From positions 24,027,319 through 24,091,318 of the forward strand of contig OZ037768.1 of the NCBI GenBank assembly GCA_964035545.1: a stretch of 64,000 nt of DNA, written 5' to 3'. Below, one piece after another: positions 25,201 to 37,300 of this stretch (position 1 is the stretch's first letter; each line of letters starts with the position of its first letter). The notes under the pieces were generated by a model. That model did no database searches, was not told where the DNA came from, and was given only the letters and a program-made list of their open reading frames with translations. The translations under genes were made by a program, and so were the position numbers. This DNA is from Bugula neritina (taxonomy: Eukaryota; Animalia; Bryozoa).

Positions 25201-28200
25201 TGTCATCAGGTAATACTATGATGTCATCAGGTAATGAGATGATATCTGGTAATACTATGATGTCATCTGGTAATAGGATGATGTCATCAGGTAATAGGAT
25301 GATGTCATCAGGTAATGAGATGATGTCATCAGGTAATAGGATGATATCACCATGTCATGATATATATTCCACTATCTACTTTGTGTTGGTTACAGTTACA
25401 TCATCACGGTGGGGATAGTGGACAAGCTACAGAACCTCTACACCAACGTCAGGGGCTCTCTGGAGACCAACTCTAACCTCTTCGCATTCCTCCAACACAG
25501 CATTAGCTTTCTCACTGCTATAACCAAGCTTACGGCATCTAAGAGGTCAGCGTTGCTGCTATGTATTATATACTCTGTTCTCAATGACTTCTCCTTCAGT
25601 GTGCTCACGTGTGGCCGGTGTTGTAGACCTCACGGTGCGTTTGAGGCTACGAAGGTGACGGGTTCGGAGGAGCTGCTGCAGACGTACGAAGACATTGAGT
25701 TGGCCGGCATCATGTCTCTGCTCTACGGGATGCTGCTGCATAATGTGCCCACTAGAGGGGAGACCTCCACCCCGCCCACAATATCCTCCAATACTCTTAC
25801 AGTCACTCTGGTGGGCCTCAAGCTAATTAATCAGCTGGCAACAATGGACCTTCACTTGGTTCAGGTTAGTGTCTAGTGTGTGTATGACTACCACATTACA
25901 TCGTATTACAGTGTCTAGTGTATGTATGACTACCACATTACATTGTATTACAGTGTCTACTCTGTGTATGACTACCACATTACATTGTATTACAGTGTCT
26001 AGTATGTGTATGACTACCACATTACATTGTATTACAGTGTCTAGTGTGTGTGTGTGACTACCACATTACATCGTATTACAGTGTCTAGTGTATGTATGAC
26101 TACCACATTACATCGTATTACAGTGTCTAGTGTATGTATGACTACCACATTTCATTGTATTACAGTGTCTACTCTGTGTATGACTACCACATTACATCGT
26201 ATTACAGCGTGTGTTGGGGGCAGAAGGCGTGTCGCTGGAGCTACGGCATATCACCAGTTACCTTATATGGTATTGTACTCACCATTTCCAGGACAACGAG
26301 GAGTTGCTACACGAAGTTATATTGTGTATTGGCTACTTCGTCGTACTCAACTCTGACAATCAGGTATACAGTCAACACCAACCCTGGTACTCAGTTAAAC
26401 ATAGTGAGTAGTGAGTGAAACTGAGTGAGTAGAGAGTGAGACTGAGTGATTAGAGAGTGAGAGTGAGTGAGGAGAGAGTGAGACTGAGTAATTAAAGAGT
26501 GAGACTGAGTGAGTAGAGAGTGAGTAAAGAGTGAGACTGAGTGAGTAGAGAGTGAGACTGAGTGAGTAGAGAGTGAGACTGAGTGATTAGAGAGTGAGAC
26601 TGAGTGAGTAGAGAGTGAGACTGAGTGATTAGAGAGTGAGACTGAGTGATTAGAGAGTGAGACTGAGTGAGTAGAGAGTGAGACTGAGTGAGTAGAGAGT
26701 GAGACTGAGTGAATAGAGAGTGAGACTGAGTGAGTAGAGAGTGAGACTGAGTGAGTAGAGAGTGAGACTGAGTGAGTAGAGAGTGAGACTGAGTGAGTAG
26801 AGAGTGAGACTGAGTGAGTAGAGAGTGAGACTGAGTGAGTAAAGAGTGAGACTGAGTAATTAAAGAGTGAGACTGAGTGATTAGAGAGTGAGACTGAGTG
26901 AGTAGAGAGTGAGACTGAGTGAGTAGAGAGTGAGACTGAGTGAGTAGAGAGTGGGTAGAGAGTGAGACTGAGTGAATAAAGTGATGTAATATGATTCACA
27001 GGCTGTCATACAATCCGGACAAAGACCCACAATCCTACAGCAGCTCTGCTCGCTACCCTTTCAGTACTTCAGTGACCCGAGACTCGTACACATTCTCTAC
27101 CCGTGTCTCATTTCCTGCTGCTACATGTGTGAAGGTAACAAACTCGTCATAGAAGAGGAACTCAGCTGTGACTTACTTGCCAATTTCTTGGAGGTAAATT
27201 TTCTCTACTTTTGACAGTTTTTTGTGACCTATTTTTACTCTATGCGACCTATTTTTACTCTATGCGACCTATTTTTACTCACTGTTATTTATGAAGTTTG
27301 TGAAAAGTTGCACATTTAAAATGACTTTGTAGGAATCACTACTGCAGCAGCAACGAAATTCGCTGCCTAACAGTGCCGGCAATAGAAAGAGCACCTCAGG
27401 TAAGATTAACATTTTATTGCCACAGATATTAGTATGAGTCACACTAGATATTAGTATGAGTCACACTAGATATTAGTATGAGTCACACTAGATATTAGTA
27501 TGAGTCACACTAGATATTAGTATGAGTCACACTAGATATTAGTATGAGTCACACTAGATATTAGTATGAGTCACACTAGATATTAGTATGAGTCACACTA
27601 GATATTAGTATGAGTCACACTAGATATTAGTATGAGTCACACTAGATATTAGTATGAGTCACACTAGATATTAGTATGAGTCACACTAGATATTAGTATG
27701 AGTCACACTAGATATTAGTATGAGTCACACTAAACTCTGCATGTAATAAAGGAATGTCTAGTTAAAGGAAAATGTGAATCAAATGGCTTTACTTGGAAGT
27801 TTAATTTTCTAACACTTTAATAATAAGTTGTGACCAAAAGTTTAGTTATTGGCAACTCAATTCAAGCCACCTTACAATCCCTTCTGTCCGTTTGTATTAT
27901 TTTATTTTGCTGAGACAATTTGAGTCAAGACTTCAATTAAAGCTAAATGTAGATAGAAAGAGTCGTGGAGTAATACTGTATAAGGGAGGTTAGGCAGGAG
28001 TCCCTAACATAGATTAACAAGTTAGAACTTAGGCAATGGTGTTGACAGCAACAACATAAGTTATCATGATTTTATTAATAATAACTGAAATAATAGTATT
28101 ATTAAAGCAATGTAGTACGTTATAATAACGATATAATTTAACATAATGATATTAATAAAGTTAATTGTTGCATAATTAATATTATTTTATTAAGAAAATC

Positions 28201-29610
28201 ATCACAACTATTGCTCATAACAAGAATTAGAGCATATGCACTAGAAATACTGGCTTCCACTTAATTACCTTTTCCTTTAATCTATAAATTACTTATTTTT
28301 AGAGTTTAATTAATATTTTATATTATATTGTAATATTTTATATGATATTATAATGTGGTATGGTATAGTATGATATGATATAGTATAATATAATATAGTA
28401 TGATATAGTATAGTATAATATAGTACGATACGATAAAATGATGGTATATCATCATAATATCCATTTGATTGTAATAATAGAACTGTATATAAATGAAGAC
28501 ATATAAATACAGTAGTAAATGTTATGGTATGTTTGTATTAACGGCCACACTGTAGGATTAAGGTATATGCCAGCCTACACATAGCATGCACATGCTCTGT
28601 TTGTGTTTACATTACCAGCTCTAGCTGCACAATTCCAGTTGATATGCCAATTCACAATATTGATAAATACACAAAATGTCATTTCTCAATTATACTTGCA
28701 AATTGTATCAACATTGAGAGGTGCAGCGCTAACTGCACACCTCTGCTTTGAAGGGCTATGCAAGAGTTAGCACAAATATTTACTTTAATGATTTTCTGGT
28801 TACAGTTTTTGCTATTTTGACAGGAGTGGATTTAAACCCCTGTAGTTACAATACTGCTGCCATAACAATGCTGCTAGCTGTTGGTGTTATTTATTCTTCA
28901 TTAGTTATTCATTACTCAGTGAAGTGTTGGTTGCAGAATGTTTTCCTATGTTTTGTCTAGCTGATAAGGTAAAAGTATACCGAAAGTAGATTTTTTAGCA
29001 GTAGATTTGAAAGTCGCCAACTGCTTTTAAATATTTCCTCAAAAATTTAAAAGCAGTGTAAATACACTGATATTTAAATAGTGAGGGAATGGATGTTGGC
29101 CAACCCCCTTTATCCAATTTAGCTGGCTACGGCCCTGGTTACAAGTACCTGCAGAGGGTTGCCACTTGACTACCTGCACATGATGTGTCAGTTGATTTTT
29201 TATTTAATAATCATCTGGTGGCAGGTAGTTCAGTCTTCATTATCAACTCTTGTATCCGTCAAATAAAACAATTCACTTGTTTACACTGGAGGTTATAGTG
29301 TTTAATGTGTCATAATACACATCCTACTATCTGTATACAATATAAGTGTTGTCACCTTTCCTCGACCATTACTATATCTCATATACTATCTTATATACAG
29401 TGTGTCCTCTTATGCAGTATATATATATACAATATGCAGTATATATAGTATGTATAGTATATGTAGTATATATAGTATGTATAGTTTATGTGGAATCGGC
29501 TTGTTTTAGGAATGACTCATCAAGATGGCCGAATGTCCCTCGCTGCCAGATTTCCTAACAATCAATGGGCTGAGGCTAAACAATATTTTTCATCCGAAAC
29601 TGACCCTTAA
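13266..29610 (+). CDS. SCAPER: S-phase cyclin A-associated protein in the ER (SCAPER)
   Basis: About 29 exons (approximate): 13266-13646, 14781-14907, 15521-15790, 15894-15997, 16262-16422, 16618-16763, 16952-17294, 17513-17820, 19232-19394, 20176-20377, 20604-20715, 21001-21141, 21259-21414, 21604-21713, 21823-21936, 22085-22243, 22391-22495, 22817-22947, 23887-23952, 24096-24222, 24386-24489, 24732-24855, 24935-25209, 25395-25545, 25628-25864, 26208-26363, 27002-27193, 27333-27398, 29510-29610 (TAA). Diagnostic segments: [78 protein letters not shown], a long coiled coil, the zinc finger CIVC...HLQSHLRGQQH, LLHEVILCIGYFVVLN, and the C-terminus RFPNNQWAEAKQYF. Confidence 0.95.
15290..15475. 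repeat. 21-bp minisatellite (TTCTCAGTCTATAGAGAGAGT)
   Basis: About 9 copies. It is the source of the spurious ERVSQSI ORFs. Confidence 0.9.
16432..16605. repeat. Degenerate ~20-bp repeat (CTAATAATAGACACACT..) filling a SCAPER intron
   Basis: About 8 diverged copies. Confidence 0.75.
17832..17998. repeat. Compound CACAATGT/CACAGTAT repeat
   Basis: Short-period tandem units directly after a donor site. Confidence 0.8.
18900..19227. repeat. 16-bp minisatellite (ACTACACACTGTAGTA), internally near-palindromic
   Basis: About 20 copies ending at a SCAPER acceptor. Confidence 0.92.
19400..19590. repeat. 24-bp minisatellite (ATAACTCCGCCCACCCTGTCTGTT)
   Basis: About 8 copies starting right after a donor. 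Confidence 0.9.
25196..25345. repeat. ~21-bp repeat copying the exon/donor junction (ATGATGTCATCAG|GTAAT)
   Basis: About 7 copies; the first overlaps the true SCAPER donor at 25209/25210. Confidence 0.85.
25867..26207. repeat. 42-bp minisatellite making up essentially a whole SCAPER intron
   Basis: About 8 copies, each ending TATTACAG; the last copy supplies the inferred acceptor. Confidence 0.9.
26410..26975. repeat. 21-bp purine-rich minisatellite (AGAGAGTGAGACTGAGTGAGT)
   Basis: About 27 copies. Confidence 0.93.
27424..27731. repeat. 22-bp perfect minisatellite (AGATATTAGTATGAGTCACACT)
   Basis: 14 essentially identical copies in the last SCAPER intron. Confidence 0.95.
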
Positions 29611-31398
29611 TCACAGGCAGCCGGCATATCTCGTTTATTCCGTCCAAACTGTTCGAATTGACAGTGAAAAGCCGATTAAATGTAGCTTATTTATTTGTGA
29701 ATAGAGACGTATGTTATCATTTTCATTGCATGAATGAGAATAGCTCATTGGATAATCACAAATATATACTGTAATGTGATTTTATTTCTTTTTTGTTGAC
29801 TGCTGATACAATTATCTTATTTCTTTTTCTTTTACTTTTTTTAAATGTTTGCTTGAGTTTTGTGTTTTTGTTATTGAAGTGTTTTGTATCTTATAATACT
29901 ATAACATAGTTGAGTTGAACTAGGCATTATATGCAGCATTTCTGTGTGCAATAAATTCTCTGCTAAAAAACTAAATTCCTTCATTTGCTCAGAACTGAAG
30001 ATGTTTTATAGGCTGAGATTGTTTCAGTGCGTGTAGCATTATAATATGTAGTATATCATGTAGATTGTAGTGCATGTAAAGAGAGCTTAGAATCCTAGAA
30101 ATTATATAATAGAGAGCTGGGAATGCTAGAAATTTCCCGCTGCTGTCAAAAATTTGGATTACTAGTCATTCATGCGAAATCCCTGCCAAAACTGCATCTA
30201 TTTAAGGACAGATAATAAGGCTTGGGGTAAGCTAATCAACGCTGAGATAACCCGAATAATTACACAAATAATTAGCATTGTGTATGCAAGATATTATTAC
30301 CAAGGCTATGAAGATATTATTACTAGGGCTATGATGTGTAATTACATTGTCAACGGATTTCGTACCACTTAATTAGTATTATAAACATGAAAATTTGATT
30401 ATTGAATTATATTTGTGATTTGATGATATTGGTAGAGCCTCTGCTGCAAGCAAATCGTGTATAAACAAACCAGTCTCGCATGCAAAAGCAGGTGTCCGGT
30501 GGGCACGGCATTCTCAGTCTATTTATAGACTGTGAGCCTCTTTTTGTGAACTCTTCCATGTCAAAGTAGGGGTGGCAAAATTTTGTAACCAAACACAAAA
30601 TTAAAATGACTTTTACTGAATAATGATTTTAAAAGTCAATAAAACTTGAAACTTTATCGTTCAACCAATTGGGATAATTATTGGTATAATTATTGATCAA
30701 ATGTTGAAAAATAAAGCATAATATTTTTGTTTGGCTTTAACTTGTGTTTTAATGAAATGATATAAATAAGTGCTTACATCCATTAGTTGTAAGAGCTACT
30801 AGGTATAAGCTTATAATTAAAATACAATTTTAATAGTTGAATTCCCAAATTTCATATCATTTTGCATATAAGTTTGAATTAAAAAATTACCATCAAATTT
30901 TCTTTTAATTCAACTCCAATAATCAATTGTAAAGCAATTACTACACTGGCACAATGTATCTACCCACACATGGGAATTGGGTTTATTTATAGAGAATTTA
31001 TTTTCAAAAAAGTTCATAAAAAAGCTGTAAAGCTGTTTGCAAGTAATGTATATTTATAATAAAATAGCCAAACAATTTCAAACATAATAATGTAAATAGT
31101 TGAAAACAATCTACATACAATCTAATCATTGAATGCTATCTAGAAAATATGGCCATAATAATACTGCAGTAATGATAGCAAAATAACAAAATAAATTCAA
31201 TACATAACGTCATTATTATGTGCAATAATTTACAAATAAATACAAATTGCCACAAATGGGCTAAAAAGAGTTTTTATTTTAGAGATTATCAACTAAGATC
31301 AGCTGTCATTATAACTATGAGAGGAAACGTTTCCGTGGCAACAGTTTAGAAGCATTTTGAGTGAATTTGTATTTATTAATTGAAATTCATGCCTATGG

Positions 31399-34300
31399 CT
31401 AAGTTGAGCTTTGAGGGCTGGTAGAGGCACCCGAAAACTGGCTGGAGACGCTGTCGGGTGGAAGACAGTCTAAGTAGTCATCGTCTGGTATGTAGACAGC
31501 TGAGTCATCGTTGCTGTACAGAGAGTTCATCTAAAAGAAACATTTTAATATATTATATAATATATATTACATTATATTATATAATATATTATATTATATA
31601 TATTACATTATATATATTATATATATTCTATTATATTATAATATTATATAATACATGCAGTGAGAAGAGGCTCTCACTCAGGGAGTCTAAGAGAACAGCT
31701 GCTTCCCACAATATTGTTTACAAATCACATGCTAAGTTTATCATTTAAATGCTGTTATTAGCTACCAGGTGAAATAAATCATAAATCTCACTATTCACAA
31801 CAGCTATTAAATTTTTAGCTTCACTAATGAGCAACATATTTAATTGAAAATCTGTTTATAACCAGAGCTTTATTATCCATATTAGCCCTCAACCCCCCCA
31901 CCTCCTACTAACTCACCATGGATGGATAGGAGCCATGACTCATCATCTCTTCTGGGTGAGAATTGTTATAGTCTGGAATCTGCTTCCAGGACTGTTGGTG
32001 GTACGGGTCGATATTTTTCAGCCCGTTGTCCATTCTGAGTGGACTTTGGGCTACCATAGGTATACCTTGTAAGCTGCCTGGCATATTCTAAAAATAAAAC
32101 AAATTGTTTAAAAATAAATTGTAAAGCAAACTATATTGTCCTAAAATTAAAATATGCAAATCAAAAAGAGAGCAATATGAATCTAATGTTTACTAAGCTT
32201 GCAATAATATTCTTTTAGCAAAATTAAAGTTTTAATTCATGTCTTAGAAAAATTTTTATCTGTATTTTTCCAATGTTAGAAAAGACAAAAGTTGAGTCAC
32301 TGTAAATTATTCAAATGTAGGATAGCTGCAAAAGACAAGCAGCTCTGAAGACGTAACTCAGTTGTTAAACTACTCTTTATAATTAACCAACGCTCCCTCA
32401 AAACTTCACCTGGTAACTACTTCAATCTGATTAAAAGAACACTTTGTCATAATGAACTTTGATAGTTACCTTCTCTTGCTGCTGTAACTGTTTCATCAGA
32501 ATACTTTTCTTCTTGTCTTTACACCTTTTATTCTGGAACCAAACTCGAATGACTCGAGCACTGAGACCCGTCATCTCGCACAAGTGGTCCTTCATTAGCG
32601 CGTCTGGTCTGGGATTGGCAGCGTAACAAGTACGTAACGTCTGCAACTGCTTCTCAGTCAGCACTGTGCGAACTCTCGTAGGTTTACCGTCCTTTCTCTT
32701 CAGCTTGTTGTTGCAGACGGATTCTACAGACAGAGAAGATTGTGTAAGACAGAGACAAGAGTTATGGTTCATACAGGAGTTAAATAGTTGGGAGATGTTG
32801 GATTGTATACTGTATATTTACATACAGAGACGTTTGAGTATACAGTTGTTATAACTTTACAACTGCAAATCATAGTAGCAATGGGCTATAGTTCTAAAAG
32901 TTACTTCTATTTTTACCCAAAAAATAATCTGTAGGAAAGCTACAACAGTTTTATAAGCATAGCATTTCAAGTATAAATAAATAATTAACATTCAGGCTTT
33001 TGTGTAGTTTACACTTTTTGCTAGAAAATAAACGCAAGATGCTAAATCCAAAGGGGTCCAGGGTTAGTTGAAAACATTTAAGATGTTGAATAAAATGTCA
33101 GGAAAGACATTAAAGCAGCAAAATTGCTATTTCAATGCCACAGAGCCTTTGTTCCATAGCTAGAGGTAACCAACCACATTTATTGGTGTGATAGAGCTAA
33201 GACTAAGAGAAAAATCACAGTTGGCATTGCAAAGAGTGCTGCATGTTTCACGGCAGCAGCAGCGGCAGCAGCAGCGGCAGCAGCCTTAATGCTAACATCT
33301 GAAGAGAGAGAAAAATGTGAAGAGATGGTTTATTAGAGGATTCGAGTGGATTCAGTGTTTGTTTTCCAGTTAATCTAAGCCAGCAAATCAATGCCAGACC
33401 AGCTGCAAGTCTAAATAAAGTGCTGTGATAGAATTTAGCATAATAACGATGTACACCTCAATGATTCGGATAGATTTGATAACAATAATAACTTCTACAG
33501 TTACCGTTTATATTGAGTTTAAAGCAAATCATCGCCTTTTGAACACAAGGGAACTCATATCATTCTAATGTTTAGATTCAACTGTATTAGCAGGGACTAA
33601 CCGTGCAGAGTTCTGGTGGGGTCCTGGTGGTGTGGTTTGTGGTTGTTGTTTATATTCGGAATGAGTCTGTCATCTTCACTTTCTAAGACTGAGTTTCTAT
33701 CTAACACTTCGCTATCTTCTTTACAGAACAGTCCCCCCTCCCTGTGTGAGAAATAGTCTCCTGGTTTTAGCTGACGGCTACAGGCAGTACAACGGAAGCA
33801 CTCTATGTGGTAGACATTGTTGTCAGCTTTCATCATCAAATCATTCTTAGTCATCGCAACCCCGCACTTGGCACAGGACGTTACAAACAACCTACAGCAG
33901 AATATTTACAAAATTTTATAGCATTTCCTCCATTTTATGGTTTTTTAAAGCCAAACGTGCCCGTTTTAATATTACATATATATAAATATATTATTTATAC
34001 TTTGTGCTTATGCAAGCAACAATAACTTAAATTATAATAAACATGCGTAAGTTGCAGCAGTTACGAGTACATTAATTGAAGTTAGGAAGTATAGCTTTAT
34101 GCTTGTACAGCTCTTAACATTCAAGCAACTGTGCTTTTTCATGCGTGATTGAATAAATTCAGTTATAATGTTATAAATAAAATGTAAAAAGCTTTATTAT
34201 TATTATCATTATATATAAAATAAACATATATGACGTATAAATGGAGTAAAGAAATATCTTATTTTCACTGAACAAATTTACAAACTTGAAGAAGCTGAGA

Positions 34301-37300
34301 AAGAAGGTAGAGATAAGAGATTAGAAAAGGGCTGATACAGCAGGTATAAATAACAGCACTTCTTATCTCCCCGCTAGTTTGCAGGGTGTAGAAATTCTTG
34401 TTTCACTTAGAATAAACAATTAAACACCAATTTAGTGATAAGACCAGTGAGCTAGTAGCTTCATATGCAAACAACAAGCAACGCAGATACAATTCTGATT
34501 GTTTAAAAATTTCACATCAGAGTAACAAAGCAAGCTTAATTCACTTGTTTCCCAAACATCAATTCCGTAGTTGCATAAACTGATACCACAAGTTGGGTAA
34601 TTTGAGAGGAAAGAAACTTCATCTAGATTAGTTGTATGACAATACGCCTGTAAGGTAATACTATTGAAAGAATTTTCCTCCAATATTTCAAGTACCGCAA
34701 GAAGGGAGATATGTGAGACGTGAATAATTCATGAGTTACAAACTGACTGTTGAACACGAGTTTGGGCTCAATAATTTCTCCTCAGCCAATCAGATGCCCC
34801 GATAGAACACCCTTCATACTTCACTGCTTAGTATTTGCAGATCTACTTAAGTAGTAATAATGATTTGGTTATTTGTTTGATACAAAAGAGATTTAAACAG
34901 ACTAACTTTGCCTCCATCATAAACACAAAAAATGTAAAATAAATCCTTTTTATTTACTTTTCACATATGCTAAGTTTTATAATATTAAAGATTGCTTGTT
35001 AGAACAATTTTGTAAAAATTTGTTCAGCTTGGCCAAAAAGATTTCCCCACACACATATATCTTCAGGTGTGTCAGAAGGGATCAATATTCCTCCCAGTAA
35101 TTTAATTCAATACCAAAATATTCAGCCTGCGGGTGAATCACAACCTTGTATGATTATCATTACGATTATTACAATAATTAATGTTATTTAAAAAGAGCAT
35201 TGTACTAAGCAGCGTGTACACTTGTATACTAGCAGGTATAATTTACCTGTAATAGCAGCATGCTGTATACATATTGTATACTAAAACAATGAATTTAATA
35301 GTTGCGTTTGAAGCTGAAAGATTTGTTTAATTCTAGCCTGCTGCGTCAGCTTCAAACTTCTAATCAGCTGCTTTTATTTTAAATGATATGTAGTTGATAT
35401 TGTTGTAGAAATTCTTAATTAATGGTGATTATTTGAGTTATATTTAATAACATATGCTGTTGGTTGTTCAGTTTATGCTGAACGTTGAAATGAATGAAAC
35501 AGTCAACACAAAACCTGCCCTTATGACAGACTTGAAGGATGATCTCTTTAAAAACAGCTTATTATGACCACTTAACTTTCTATCTACAGCATATGCAATG
35601 CTACCATGCATAGAGTGTCATAGATAGCTGAGCATATGCCAAGTGGCAGTCACTTGCAGGTTGTTGTCATATAAAGAGACTAATAACAGCAAGTGCTTGC
35701 AGGTTGCCCAAAAAGTTATATAACAGAAGAATGAGACTCCTAAATATATCTATAAAGTTGTAGGACTAGCTACTAGATGCTGAGGAGATGCAATCAGATG
35801 ATTTGGTTAACTTAATAAACCCAACAGCAAACAATAATTATAATAAATATAAACAAATACTTTTTGTGGTTGAAATGGTTGGAGGTGTCATGCATTGTAT
35901 ATATTACTGAAGTAATTAGCACGGCCAGTGAGAGAATCTTCTTTGTAGATGACTTAGAAAAGTTGAAGGTGAAAAAGCCGTTTAACCTGACAAGTAAACT
36001 AATCTAATGCCTGTTTTTTATTTCTCCTATTATCGGAAGATGATTAGGAGCTCCTAAATCAATGATGTAATTGCAAATAATTTTTTAAAATATTGTTGCC
36101 AATACAATATGTTGTATCAATTGACGCAAACAAAGTTTCCCAATGTCTTCACTCTCCAGTTGTAGTAAACAAATAAAAATAAACATAAATTGAACCAAAT
36201 AAATGTTATGTTGCTTATTGAGTGAAAAAATTCTCTAGCCTTGCAATTTGCAAAGAAATAGTCAATTATGACTTAGTTTATTACAGATGTATAGTTCAAT
36301 ACAATGTTAACTTCAGCATAATCTGGTTTCTCTTGAGTAATAATAAGAATCTATACATAGTACTAATACTAGCATGTGCTGTCTTGTTTATTACAAGTTT
36401 AGATGCGAAAAACCAGTTCGAAAAATATTTTCTTGCCAAGTTGCAGAAATTTATTTTCTCTTTTTGAAATTTATATCTTAGAGTTTTAAATAAGTTTGCT
36501 TGGTTGTTTATTTTATTTTTATTGCCAGAGCTGCGAGGTGACTCACCTGTTATAATCTGTCTTGCAGTAAGCTCGGCCTCCCCTCAGAAAACACGTGCAG
36601 TTCTCGTCTAGGTATGTGTGACATTCGGCACAACGTAAACAGGCGCTGTGCCACTCCAAGTCGGGTGTGACTTTCATGACGTAGGGGTCTGTGATGTGTC
36701 TGTTGCAACCTGCGCATACGGGTGTCTTCGGCTCCACTCTCTCCGGGAGCACCGACTTCACATGGGCACAGTCCATGCTCTTCACATCTGAAACAGGATT
36801 TGATAGTTTGACTTTGTAAATTCAATAAGTAAACATTTTTTAGCAAACAAGAAGAATTTTTATTAAAAATGAAATTATGGGAAAGCATTATGTTAGTAAA
36901 AGTTATTTTTATTAAATATATACTTTGCCTGTCTCTGTTAATGTATTATTATAAGATAAGATGATAGTCTGTATTTAGAATAAAATCCTACGCAACTGTT
37001 ACGGCAAACTTGGTACTTCATGATATAATGTATCATTTAAATGTTTTACTTATTTTTATACAGTTTATTTTTAGTCAAAAACTAGTTGCCCAAAAAGAAA
37101 TATTAACTGCAGAAATATTATATTCATGATAATATAATTAAATTAATATAACTGAGCTGCATTGGGAAGAAATTTATATTTCATGCATCTTATAACATGG
37201 TCACCACTAAGACTGTTGATTGTAATTTATACAACATTATCTTATGTTAACAACCCATAGTATATACTATATTATATACTATATTATATAATATTATACT

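Noticed and set aside
26391-26999. 202-aa ORF with STHSVSL repeats
   Set aside because: It is the translation of a 21-bp intronic minisatellite on the antisense strand.
27424-27731. CRISPR-like array of identical 22-bp repeats
   Set aside because: Units are head-to-tail with no unique spacers, lie in a spliceosomal intron, and no cas genes are present.
35495-35720. Possible Tc1/mariner-type MITE remnant (CAGTCAA...CCTGCCCTTATGAC)
   Set aside because: Termini are too degraded to define inverted repeats or a TSD by eye.
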